Origin: Chloroflexota bacterium
GTDB taxonomy: Bacteria; Chloroflexota; Anaerolineae; Anaerolineales; UBA4823
Length of the DNA stretch: 64,000 bases
Assembly (NCBI GenBank): GCA_049325275.1
Contig: JBMOLU010000008.1
Coordinates: 93,460 to 157,459, forward strand
Direction: 5' to 3'
In this document: positions 35,401 through 44,339 of the stretch, piece by piece
How positions within the stretch are numbered: the first letter of the stretch is position 1
Layout of the letters: each line of letters starts with the position of its first letter
The notes under the pieces: generated by a model
Told to the model about the DNA's origin: nothing
Seen by the model: the letters and a program-made list of their open reading frames with translations, nothing else
Database searches by the model: none
Position numbers and translations under genes: made by a program

Positions 35401-36549
35401 TTACAATGCGCCCATCGCCCCGGCCGGCGATGGGCGCGAACGCCGGCGGAACTGCTCGTGAATCTCGTCGACATGAGCCACTTTTTCGGCGATCGCCGCT
35501 TCCAACCACAGGCGGCCATGTTCGGCCGTCGCCAGGCTGCCGGCGCCGTACGCGCCCGTGGCCGTGTCGTCCTGCCAGGGCGGATTGGCAATCAACGCTC
35601 CCCCTTCGATCCAATCCATGTAATACGAAGGGGTGGCAATGAAGCCCATTTCGTCCACCACGCGCGCCGTGCGAACCAGCCCGGGGTGCAGGTGCATGAC
35701 CAGGGACGTTTCCAACTCACAGGCGTGCCCCATGCCGCCAAGCGGCGAACGGCGGTACTTCTCCAGAGCGGTGATACCTTGCGGGCCTGAGAGGTACAAA
35801 AAAGCCGTGGCGCAGAAAATCTGCCTTCCCGATATGCGTGGGTGACGATCGCCGGCATATTTGACGACGTTGACGAGAAACGACATGTTACCGCCGTGGC
35901 CGCTGAGCAGGTAAAAACGGCTGAATCCGCGTGCAACCAGTGCATCGATCACCGCCAGCCAGAAATCTTCGAAAACACGCCCACCCACGCTGAACGTACC
36001 TGCAAAATCCAGACGGTGCATACTGACCCCATATGGCATCACCGGCAGCGACCAGGCCCGTTCATCGGCCACCTGTGCGGTACCCCGGCTGACGGCATCG
36101 ATGATCAGGGTATCGGTAGCAAGCGGCAGATGGTGGCCGTGCTGTTCGGTGTGGCCGATGGGGAGAAGGATGACCTTATCGCGGGCAGATGCGGGCGGGA
36201 AGAGTAACGGTGCGGAGACAGCGTTCCGGTAGTGCTCGATCCCGGAAGGCAAGCCAAGGGAAAGATTCCCAGGCAGCAAAACCCCCAGGCGGCGAAAGCC
36301 ATCCTGGCGCAGGTTTTCGAGCAAACTGGAGACGTAAGCGGCCAGATAAGGCAAGGGGACTTCCAAGCCGCTCCCGCGCCAACCAAAAGGGATCGCCGGA
36401 AGCAGGCCGGCGCGCGGTACATCCCTCAGGGCAGCGGCCATCGGCAAAGGATCATCGTTCGTCCCCAGGGGCAAAATGAGGGGTGTTTCACGCGGCAGTG
36501 CGGCCACTTCGGGCCAGGTCAGGTTTTCGAAGGAGAAGAATTCGGTCAT
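35401..36549 (-). CDS. Creatininase/MftE-family amidohydrolase with a degenerate N-terminal duplicate domain
   Basis: LPIGHTEQHGHHLPLATD, SGHGGN, GHACELETS; N-terminus LTWPEV..LILPLG..LLPAIPFG..ENLRQDGFRR mimics the first half of the fold. Confidence 0.85.
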   Translation of the reverse strand: MTEFFSFENLTWPEVAALPRETPLILPLGTNDDPLPMAAALRDVPRAGLLPAIPFGWRGSGLEVPLPYLAAYVSSLLENLRQDGFRRLGVLLPGNLSLGLPSGIEHYRNAVSAPLLFPPASARDKVILLPIGHTEQHGHHLPLATDTLIIDAVSRGTAQVADERAWSLPVMPYGVSMHRLDFAGTFSVGGRVFEDFWLAVIDALVARGFSRFYLLSGHGGNMSFLVNVVKYAGDRHPRISGRQIFCATAFLYLSGPQGITALEKYRRSPLGGMGHACELETSLVMHLHPGLVRTARVVDEMGFIATPSYYMDWIEGGALIANPPWQDDTATGAYGAGSLATAEHGRLWLEAAIAEKVAHVDEIHEQFRRRSRPSPAGAMGAL

Positions 36550-36573
36550 GCCGGGCAGTATATCACTGCGTTC

Positions 36574-36624
36574 TTGACCCACCGGGAATTCCGGGCTAGA
36601 ATATCGTTTCCAAATCGTTTTGGA
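36574..36624 (+). promoter_or_regulatory. Sigma70 promoter with an overlapping LacI-type operator
   Basis: TTGACC-N17-TAGAAT (36574-36602), then near-palindrome TCCAAATCGTTTTGGA (36609-36624) with a central CG, at the predicted +1. Confidence 0.75.
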
Positions 36625-36630
36625 GGGAAA

Positions 36631-37647
36631 ATGACCGTCACCATTCGCGACATCGCCCGCCGGCTGAATCTTTCACCAACCACTATCTCGCGTGCCCTGG
36701 ATGGGTACGACGACGTGGCGGAGGAAACGCGCCGGTTGATCGTTAAAACAGCCAACGAGATCGGCTATGTTCCCAACCAGGCAGCCCGTCAGCTGCGGCG
36801 CAAACGCGCCGACACGATCGGGTACATCCTGCCTGCCGAAACGCCGCGTTTTTCGGACCCGTTTTTTGCCGAGTTTATCGCCGGGCTGGGCGACGAGGCC
36901 TCGGTGCACGGCTTCGATCTGCTCGTTTCCAGCGCGCCGCCGGGCAGCCAGGCGGAACAGCAGGCCTACGAACGCTGGACGCACGGCCGCAAGGTCGATG
37001 GCATCGTGCTCAACCACATGTACGTCAGGGACTGGCGCGTGCAGTATCTCGCCCAAATGGCGTTCCCTTTTGTAACGCTGGAACGCTCACTCGACCCGTA
37101 CGAATACCCGTCGGTCGAAGTCGATGGGCGGCGTTGGTTCGGCGCCCTGATCGACCACCTGGTCTCCTTGGAGCACCGGCGCATTGCGTACGTGGGGGCG
37201 TCGCCCAGTCTGAAGATTCAAGCTGACCGCTTCGATGGATACTGCGATGGGCTGCGCCGCCACGGGTTGGCGTTCGATGCAGCTCTGGTGACGGAAGGAG
37301 ACCTGACTACGGCGGGCGGCTACCAGGCCGGGGAGCGCCTGTTCGACCTGCCACATCCGCCAACGGCGATTGCCTGCATCGACGATATGACCGCCATCGG
37401 GGTGCTGCACGCTGCCCGCGAACGGGGCTGGACGATTGGAAAAGAACTGGCCGTTGCCGGGTTTGACGGCATCGAGGGGTTCGAACACACGCACCCTCCG
37501 CTGACGACGATCAACCAACCGGTCTATCGCATCGCGCGCCAGTTAATGCAAATGTTGGCAGCCCAAATCGCCGGTAAACCGTTCGCAGACGCTTGCATTC
37601 TCATTGAGCCTGTTATGGAAATCCGTCAATCGACGGTTGGCAAATGA
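36631..37647 (+). CDS. LacI-family transcriptional regulator
   Basis: VTIRDIARRLNLSPTTISRAL HTH, YVPNQAARQL, VAGFDG, PPLTTINQP. Confidence 0.95.
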   Translation: MTVTIRDIARRLNLSPTTISRALDGYDDVAEETRRLIVKTANEIGYVPNQAARQLRRKRADTIGYILPAETPRFSDPFFAEFIAGLGDEASVHGFDLLVSSAPPGSQAEQQAYERWTHGRKVDGIVLNHMYVRDWRVQYLAQMAFPFVTLERSLDPYEYPSVEVDGRRWFGALIDHLVSLEHRRIAYVGASPSLKIQADRFDGYCDGLRRHGLAFDAALVTEGDLTTAGGYQAGERLFDLPHPPTAIACIDDMTAIGVLHAARERGWTIGKELAVAGFDGIEGFEHTHPPLTTINQPVYRIARQLMQMLAAQIAGKPFADACILIEPVMEIRQSTVGK

Positions 37648-37766
37648 GCGCCGTTTGCCAGCATACTTGTTTTTTCCCACAATCACGCGTGGGCCATCTC
37701 GACAGGAGAACCTGGCGCCAAAAGCAGAAAGGCCCACACACCAAGCCAGCGACTGGAGGCCTCGTC

Positions 37767-38228
37767 ATGATCAAAAACTGTATGAAACGTAACGTCTACT
37801 CCATCCCATCCAACGCCACCATCCGGCAGGCGGCAGCTTTGGTCGTGGACCGGCACATCGGCCTGCTCCCCGTTGTCGACGAGAAGGGAAAGCCGCTCGG
37901 GGTGGTTGGACTGCGCGATTTCCTATCGCTGGAATTGCCCGACTTTTTCGACCTGCTTCCCGATCTGGACTTCGTCCACGATTTCGGTGCGGTCGAAACG
38001 ACACGCCCTTCACCCGAAGAACTCAACCGGCCGGTGATGGCGATCATGCGACCGGTGACCTTCGTGGAAGAAACCTGCGGACTGCTGCGTGCATACGCCT
38101 TGATGCTCAAACACAGCCTGCACGACTTACCGGTTGTTGGAGAGAATGGCGCCCTGGTCGGCATTGCTTCGCGAGTCGATATCGGCGTGGCCATTCTTTC
38201 GAATTGGAAGGCGGTTTCGTCGCAATGA
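37767..38228 (+). CDS. Stand-alone CBS-pair protein
   Basis: MKRNVYSI..IGLLPVVD..GVV and IMRPVTFV..LHDLPVV..LVGIASRVDI; RBS GGAGG. Confidence 0.88.
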   Translation: MIKNCMKRNVYSIPSNATIRQAAALVVDRHIGLLPVVDEKGKPLGVVGLRDFLSLELPDFFDLLPDLDFVHDFGAVETTRPSPEELNRPVMAIMRPVTFVEETCGLLRAYALMLKHSLHDLPVVGENGALVGIASRVDIGVAILSNWKAVSSQ

Positions 38229-39514
38229 GCGCCCAAATTCTGACGACGATCGTTTTCCTGGTTTGCCTGTGGCTGATACTTTCCGAAAAACTGAACCGCA
38301 CGATTACCGGCTTTGTGGGCGCAGTGCTGACCGTCGGCATCGGAAAGTGGCTCGGCTTTTACGACGAAGCGCAGGCGATAGCCGCCGTGGATTTCAACAC
38401 CTTGGGGCTGCTGTTGGGGATGATGATCCTCGTGGCGCTGCTGGAACCGACGGGGTTCTTTCAATTTCTGGCGGTGTGGGCCGGGCGCGTCTCACGCGGG
38501 CAGCCGCTGCGGCTGTTGATCCTGTTGGGAACGGTGACCACACTCGTGTCCATGTTTCTCGATAACGTCACGACGGTGGTCCTGATCGCCCCGGTGACGA
38601 TTCTGATCTGTGAAATTCTAGGCATCCAGGCAACGCCCTTCTTGATCGCAGAGGCACTGCTCTCGAATACCGGCGGGACGGCAACCCTGGTCGGGGATCC
38701 CCCCAATATCCTGATCGCTTCCGCCGCCGGGTTTTCGTTCAACGACTTTCTCACCCATTCCCTGCCGGTGGTTTTGTTCGCCTGGTTATCCGCTTTATGG
38801 CTCCTGCGCTACCTTTTTCGTCGCGATCTGGCCGTACGCCCCCCTAACGCCGATGCCGTACTGCAACTCAACCCGCGCGAGTCGCTGGACGATGCCCGGA
38901 CCGCCCGGCAGGTATTGATCGTGCTGGCCGGCGCGATCTTGTTGTTCTTCCTGGAAGAAAGGCTCAAGCTTAGCCCGGCTTTTGTGGCCTTGAGTGCGGC
39001 AGCCGTTGCCCTGGTTTGGGTGCGGCCCGATATCCATGCCGTGCTGCGCCGCATCGAATGGAGCGTGCTGATATTTTTTGCAGCCCTGTTCATCATGGTG
39101 GGTGGCCTGGAAGCATCCAGCGTGCTGGGCGGGCTGGTGGCCCTTTTGGAGAAGCTGTACGTGATCCCACCGATGTTTTTCGGCGTCGTGCTGTTGTGGT
39201 TCTCCGCCTTGCTTTCGGCGTTCGTCGATAACGTACCGATTACGATCGCCCTGATCCCGGTACTCCAGGGATTGGAAGCCGATGGCGTTAACGTCCTGCC
39301 GCTCTGGTGGGCGCTGGCTTTTGGCGCCGGTTTCGGCGGCAACGGCACAATTATCGGTTCTACTGCCAATATCGTTGTCGCCAGCGTTTCAGAACGAACG
39401 CGCACGCCGATCACGGCCAAGTTATGGAACCGGCGCGGCCTGCCGGTCATGCTGGTAGCCTGCCTGGTAGCCAGTGTGCTGTACCTTCTACTGTACCCAA
39501 TCTTTATGCGTTGA
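38225..39514 (+). CDS. IT-superfamily (ArsB/NhaD/SLC13-like) permease
   Basis: DFNTLGLLLGMMI, FLDNVTTV, SNTGGTATLVGDPPNI, FVDNVPIT, GAGFGGNGTIIGSTAN. Confidence 0.9.
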   Translation: MSAQILTTIVFLVCLWLILSEKLNRTITGFVGAVLTVGIGKWLGFYDEAQAIAAVDFNTLGLLLGMMILVALLEPTGFFQFLAVWAGRVSRGQPLRLLILLGTVTTLVSMFLDNVTTVVLIAPVTILICEILGIQATPFLIAEALLSNTGGTATLVGDPPNILIASAAGFSFNDFLTHSLPVVLFAWLSALWLLRYLFRRDLAVRPPNADAVLQLNPRESLDDARTARQVLIVLAGAILLFFLEERLKLSPAFVALSAAAVALVWVRPDIHAVLRRIEWSVLIFFAALFIMVGGLEASSVLGGLVALLEKLYVIPPMFFGVVLLWFSALLSAFVDNVPITIALIPVLQGLEADGVNVLPLWWALAFGAGFGGNGTIIGSTANIVVASVSERTRTPITAKLWNRRGLPVMLVACLVASVLYLLLYPIFMR

Positions 39515-39526
39515 TGGAGGCGAACG

Positions 39527-39871
39527 ATGTACATGATCATGTTTGTTTTGGATAACCCCGACCTGTTGGATGAAGTGCTCAAAGCCTGGGAAGCGGTGGG
39601 CATTCGCGGCGCGACCATCGTCGAAAGCACGGGCATCCAGCGCCTGCGGCATCAAAGCGTGCCGATGCGCTTCTTTTTCCAGTCGCTGGAGCCGGTCGAG
39701 AAGGGCCATCTGACCCTGTTCGTGATCGTCGCCAGCGAGGCGCTGGCACAAGACTGCCTGCACGCCACCGAGCAAATCGTCACCGATCTGGACGGGCCGA
39801 ACACGGGCGTGTTTGCGGCCTGGCCGTTGGCAGTGGTGCGTGGGGTGCCGCTAAGCAACCAGGAGCGTTGA
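39527..39871 (+). CDS. PII-like protein (not canonical GlnB/GlnK)
   Basis: 114 aa; VLKAWEAVGIRGATIVESTG, TLFVIV, GPNTGV pattern; no GlnK T-loop signature. Confidence 0.75.
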   Translation: MYMIMFVLDNPDLLDEVLKAWEAVGIRGATIVESTGIQRLRHQSVPMRFFFQSLEPVEKGHLTLFVIVASEALAQDCLHATEQIVTDLDGPNTGVFAAWPLAVVRGVPLSNQER

Positions 39872-40866
39872 CCATGGTTTGGGTAATATTCTTCATCAGC
39901 GCGGCGCTGATCGTCTTCGCCGCCATGCAGCTCGCCAAATACGGCGACGTCATCGCCATCCGCACGCGCCTGGGCGGCATGTTCATCGGCGTGCTACTGC
40001 TAGCCGGGGTCACCTCGCTGCCGGAAGTCCTGACCACGATCAGCTCGCTCTCGGAAGGCGTCCCCAACCTGGCAGCCGGGAACCTGTTCGGCAGCAACCT
40101 GTTCAATATGTTCCTGCTGGCGATCCTGGATTTGCTGCACCGCAAGGATCGAATTTTGCGCAAAGCGGCGCTCAAGCACGCCCTGACAGGCAGCCTGACG
40201 GTGTTTCTGATCGGCCTGGCTGTGTTTTTCATCATGGCAGACGTTCACACGCGCATCGGCTGGATCGGCCTGGACAGCCTGGCGATCATGCTGGCCTACA
40301 TTGTAGGCGTGTGGCTGATCCAGAAAAACCAGACTCACCAAACGGTGACCGCGGCAGTGGAGGTTGAAGTTCCCAAAGGCACCCCTTCTCTGCTGGCCGG
40401 GCTAGTCGGCTTCGGCCTGGCTGCGACGGGCCTGGTGGTGATCACCCCCTGGATGGTGCGTGCCAGCGCCGAGATCGCCGAGATCACCGGGCTGGGGACC
40501 ACCTTTGTCGGTACGACCCTGGTCGCCATCGTCACCTCGCTGCCCGAGCTGGTGACGACCATTGCCGCGGTCAAGCTGGGCGCCGACGACATGGCAATCG
40601 GCAACCTGTTCGGCAGCAACTTGTTCAATATGTTTGCCCTGGGCCTGACAGACGTGTTCTACGTGCAGGGCCGTTTTCTCGGCGTCATCGACCCGGCCTT
40701 TTTGCTGGTGGGAATGCTCGGCCTGTTGATGACGGCGTTGGGGCTGATCGGCAACCTGATCCGGCTGGAACGGCGCGTCCTGTTCATCGAGTTGGATGCG
40801 CTGGCCTTGATGCTGATTTATTTTTCAGGGCTGTGGCTGCTTTATAACCGCGGGGTCAGTCCTTAA
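39868..40866 (+). CDS. CaCA-family (Na+/Ca2+ exchanger-like) antiporter
   Basis: Two alpha-repeats: GVTSLPEV..GNLFGSNLFN and VTSLPEL..GNLFGSNLFN. Confidence 0.9.
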   Translation: MTMVWVIFFISAALIVFAAMQLAKYGDVIAIRTRLGGMFIGVLLLAGVTSLPEVLTTISSLSEGVPNLAAGNLFGSNLFNMFLLAILDLLHRKDRILRKAALKHALTGSLTVFLIGLAVFFIMADVHTRIGWIGLDSLAIMLAYIVGVWLIQKNQTHQTVTAAVEVEVPKGTPSLLAGLVGFGLAATGLVVITPWMVRASAEIAEITGLGTTFVGTTLVAIVTSLPELVTTIAAVKLGADDMAIGNLFGSNLFNMFALGLTDVFYVQGRFLGVIDPAFLLVGMLGLLMTALGLIGNLIRLERRVLFIELDALALMLIYFSGLWLLYNRGVSP

Positions 40867-40908
40867 ACGTCGCATGCGCCGGGGGTGAACAAAAATCGAG
40901 TTGCAGTG

Positions 40909-40957
40909 CGTTGCGGACGCGGCACACGTTCGTGTGCCGCTTCCGCAACGTTTTTTT
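40909..40957 (+). terminator. Intrinsic terminator of the CBS-CaCA operon
   Basis: CGTTGCGGACGCGGCACAC-GTTC-GTGTGCCGCTTCCGCAACG followed by TTTTTTT. Confidence 0.75.
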
Positions 40958-41020
40958 CCCCGACAGAGAACGCTCGTCAAACTATCCCGAGGATCGAAAC
41001 CCCGGCTGCCAGCAAAGCGT

Positions 41021-41089
41021 TACCCAAATGGGTAGCGCCGGTGCCTGCTGCCCGCAGGGCTGCCGCCACCTTCATCACCCATTTGGGTA
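41021..41089. promoter_or_regulatory. Two copies of the palindrome TACCCA-NN-TGGGTA (candidate operator)
   Basis: TACCCAAATGGGTA at 41021-41034 and CACCCATTTGGGTA at 41076-41089, intergenic. Confidence 0.45.
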
Positions 41090-41289
41090 AACGGGATGAT
41101 TTTAATGGATGGGCCACTCGAAATCTGGCCTAACAAAATGATCCATACGGGCAATGGATGATGAGGCTCATCTTTCATAAAATAGCGGGCAAGTGAACGA
41201 TGAAACCGACAGCTTCAAAACGAACGATAAAGTCGATGGTTTTATCGTGAACGATCAGGAACACGACTTGGACGACAGCAGAGGTTCTC

Positions 41290-42594
41290 ATGTTAACCGC
41301 AATCCTTATCTTTTTCATCGCGTACGTGGCCATTGCCAGTGAAAAATTCCCCCGCCACTGGGTCGCCCTGACCGGCGGCGGCCTGCTCGTCGTGTTTGGC
41401 GTGCTCAGCCCTAACGAAGCCATGCAGTATATCAACTGGGAAACGCTGGGCCTGCTGGCCGGGATGTTCCTGCTGGTCTCGATCTTACAAGAAGCCGGTT
41501 TCTTCTCCTGGCTGGCTATGACGGCCGTGCGCAAGGTCAACTATCACCCGGCGGCATTGTTCGTGGTTTTGTTACTGTTGGCCGCATTTTTGGCCATGTG
41601 GATGGATTCGATCACAGTCATGCTCTTCCTGGCCGCCTTGACGGTGCAACTCTGCCGCCTGCTGCGCCTTGACCCCGTGCCGATCGTGATTGCGGAGGTC
41701 TGTGCGGCCAACACCGGTGGTGCGGCCACGTTGGTAGGCGACCCACCCAACGTGATCCTGGGTACCACACTCGGTTTCACCTTTTCCGATTTCGTCACCC
41801 ACACCGGACCGATTTCCGTTTTCCTGGCGTTCGTGCTGCTCGGCATTTTCTACTGGGTCAACCGCAAGTCACTCAAAGATGCCCATGCCGCGTTGACCGA
41901 AGAAACCATCGCCGAAATCGAAGCCCTGCACAACGAACCGCTTCACGCTCACCTGACACGGGTCGGCCTGACGGGTTTCCTGATGGCGGTCGGCCTGCTG
42001 ATTTTCCACATCCCGCTGACTCATGCCACCGGGCTGCCGATCAATGCCGCCACATCGGCCATCGTCCCTGCTGGATTGACACTGATTGCCTTGCGCGACG
42101 ATCAACGCCGCAAGTCGCTTGCCAAGGTCGACGGTGAGAGCATCCTGTTCTTTGCCGGGCTGTTCGTCCTGATCGGTGGATTGGAAAAAGCGCACATCTT
42201 CGAACGCCTGGCCGACCTGCTGACGCAAACAACGGCCGGCAGCCCCAGTGTGCTCGTTTTTGCCCTACACTGGGTGCCCGGCCTGGCATCCGGGGTGCTC
42301 GACAACGTCCCACTGGCGCTGGCGATGAGCTACGTGCTCCAGGACCTGGCGGCAAACCCCGGCACGCCTGCCCTGGCATTGATGGTTTGGTCCCTGGCGT
42401 TGGGCGTCGATATCGGCGGCAACATCACCCCGATCGGTGCGTCGGCGAACGTGGTGGCTTATTCCTATATGGAACACAACCACGGATCGGTCGGCTGGAA
42501 ACGCTGGCTGCTTTTGGCCGGGCCGGCAACAATCGTTGCCATGATCCTGGCATCAAGTCTGGTAATGCTCAAAGGGCATATTGGCTGGTATTGA
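41290..42594 (+). CDS. Second IT-superfamily (ArsB/NhaD/SLC13-like) permease
   Basis: INWETLGLLAGM, WMDSITV, ANTGGAATLVGDPPNV, LDNVPL, GVDIGGNITPIGASAN. Confidence 0.9.
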   Translation: MLTAILIFFIAYVAIASEKFPRHWVALTGGGLLVVFGVLSPNEAMQYINWETLGLLAGMFLLVSILQEAGFFSWLAMTAVRKVNYHPAALFVVLLLLAAFLAMWMDSITVMLFLAALTVQLCRLLRLDPVPIVIAEVCAANTGGAATLVGDPPNVILGTTLGFTFSDFVTHTGPISVFLAFVLLGIFYWVNRKSLKDAHAALTEETIAEIEALHNEPLHAHLTRVGLTGFLMAVGLLIFHIPLTHATGLPINAATSAIVPAGLTLIALRDDQRRKSLAKVDGESILFFAGLFVLIGGLEKAHIFERLADLLTQTTAGSPSVLVFALHWVPGLASGVLDNVPLALAMSYVLQDLAANPGTPALALMVWSLALGVDIGGNITPIGASANVVAYSYMEHNHGSVGWKRWLLLAGPATIVAMILASSLVMLKGHIGWY

Positions 42595-42744
42595 GCCAGG
42601 GAAGGAGAGACGATGCAGAAAAGCCGGAAAGTTGCAGGTCATCAATTTGAAGTCGGCACCAAAGACAGTTATCCAAGGGAAAACGTTCGTTCCCTTACGC
42701 CCGAAATCTAAGGAATTTTTGTAACTTCTCAATAATGCGGGGTA

Positions 42745-42785
42745 TGGGGTGTTTTGTGCGTGCTTCGCACGCACAAAACACCCCA
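42745..42785. repeat. Perfect 19-bp hairpin upstream of amt
   Basis: TGGGGTGTTTTGTGCGTGC-TTC-GCACGCACAAAACACCCCA. Confidence 0.7.
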
Positions 42786-42841
42786 CGCTCCCCCCACTTT
42801 TCGAGAAGATAGGAATTTTTGATGTTAGAAGGAGAAATCTC

Positions 42842-44215
42842 ATGAAAAGCAAGTTGGTCCTCAGTTCGATGAAGTGGTTACGCTGGGTGATGATCCCGGC
42901 AGTTGTATCGGTAGCACTGTTGAGCGCTGGCCCGGCCTTCGCCCAGGAACCGGATCCGGTGGCCGATCTAACCCGTGGCCTCAATACCGTGTGGGTCTTG
43001 TTGGCCGCCTTCCTGGTGTTTTGGATGCAAGCCGGCTTTGCCCTGGTAGAAGCCGGCCTGACGCGCGCCAAAAACACCACCAACATCCTGTTCAAAAACG
43101 TAATAGACTTCGTTTTTGCGACCCTGGCCTTTTGGGTCATCGGCTATGCCTTTATGTTCGGCAGCAGCGCCGGTGGGTTCATCGGAACGTCAAACTTCTT
43201 GATCGACGCCGCCGGTGAAGACGTGGCCGGGCTGCCGATCACGGCCTTCTGGCTGTTCCAACTGGTGTTTGCCGGAACCGCCGCCACGATTGTGTCGGGC
43301 GCCATGGCCGAACGTACGAAATTCGTCTCCTACCTGCTCTACAGTTTCTTCATCACGGCCATTATCTACCCGATTGCCGGTCACTGGATCTGGGGCGGCG
43401 GCTGGCTTTCGAGCTTCGGAGAGGGCTTCAAAGACTTCGCCGGCTCGACCGTCGTTCACAGCATCGGTGGCTGGCTGGCGCTGATCGGCACCCTCTTTTT
43501 GGGGCCGCGCATCGGCCGCTTTAGCAAAGACGGCAAAGCCAAGGCTATTCCCGGTCACTCCATTTCGCTGGCAACCCTGGGTGTCTTCATCCTGTGGTTG
43601 GGTTGGTTCGGGTTCAATCCCGGCTCGCAGCTGGCCGCTGACGGCGCCAATGCCGACGCCATCGCCCTCGTAGCCGTCAACACCAACATTGCCGCCGCTG
43701 CCGGCGCCATCGGTGCAATGATCCTGGCCTGGGCGCTCTACAAGAAGCCCGACCTGGGCAACACGCTCAACGGTGCCCTGGCCGGCCTGGTGGCCATCAC
43801 GGCGCCCTGTGCATTCGTCACCCCGCTCTCTTCCGTCATCATCGGCCTGGTCGGCGGCGTGCTGGTCATCCTGGGCAGCATCCTGCTCGAAAAACTCAAG
43901 ATCGACGATCCGGTTGGCGCCGTGCCCGTACACCTGATCAACGGCATCTGGGGGACCCTGGCGGTCGGGCTGTTTGCCGCAGGAAATGGCCTGTTCACCA
44001 CCGGGCAAGCAGGGCAATTGATCGCCCAATTGGTCGGCATTCTGGCCGTCGGCGCCTGGTGCATCGTTACCGGCACGATCTTGTTCGCTGCCATCAAAGC
44101 CCTCACCGGCTTGAGAGTCTCGCGTGAGGAAGAAATCAAGGGCCTGGACATCGAAGAACACGGTGTTGAAGCCTATGCCGGCGATATTGTTGGCTCGCTC
44201 GGTCTGGCAGACTGA
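42842..44215 (+). CDS. amt: Ammonium transporter
   Basis: FWMQAGFALVEAG, FQLVFAGT, DFAGSTVVH, WFGFNPGS, NGALAGLVAITA, DDPVGAVPVHL; N-terminal signal peptide; RBS AAGGAG. Confidence 0.96.
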   Translation: MKSKLVLSSMKWLRWVMIPAVVSVALLSAGPAFAQEPDPVADLTRGLNTVWVLLAAFLVFWMQAGFALVEAGLTRAKNTTNILFKNVIDFVFATLAFWVIGYAFMFGSSAGGFIGTSNFLIDAAGEDVAGLPITAFWLFQLVFAGTAATIVSGAMAERTKFVSYLLYSFFITAIIYPIAGHWIWGGGWLSSFGEGFKDFAGSTVVHSIGGWLALIGTLFLGPRIGRFSKDGKAKAIPGHSISLATLGVFILWLGWFGFNPGSQLAADGANADAIALVAVNTNIAAAAGAIGAMILAWALYKKPDLGNTLNGALAGLVAITAPCAFVTPLSSVIIGLVGGVLVILGSILLEKLKIDDPVGAVPVHLINGIWGTLAVGLFAAGNGLFTTGQAGQLIAQLVGILAVGAWCIVTGTILFAAIKALTGLRVSREEEIKGLDIEEHGVEAYAGDIVGSLGLAD

Positions 44216-44233
44216 TTTACCCAAATCCTGCAT

Positions 44234-44259
44234 GGGGCACCTGCTGCGAAAGGTGCCCC
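44234..44259 (+). terminator. Hairpin after amt
   Basis: GGGGCACCT-GCTGCGAA-AGGTGCCCC with a weak T-rich tail. Confidence 0.5.
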
Positions 44260-44339
44260 GTGCCGTTTATTTCGGCAAACAACCCTACCCGTCAGGCACC
44301 ATGCCTGCCCAAACCCCACAGCACAAAGTAGGTTCTCTC

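Noticed and set aside
35401-36549. Mycofactocin (mftE) assignment
   Set aside because: No mftA, B, C, D or F in the window; only the family can be supported.
37650-37766. Structured leader before the CBS gene (GTGGGCC..GGCCCAC stem) as a riboswitch
   Set aside because: One 7-bp stem only; it did not match c-di-AMP, M-box, yybP-ykoY, fluoride or ZTP consensus elements as I recall them. An Infernal scan would settle it.
39527-39871. Calling the PII-like gene glnK or glnB as partner of amt
   Set aside because: It lacks canonical PII signatures, lies in a different operon and is separated from amt by a terminator.
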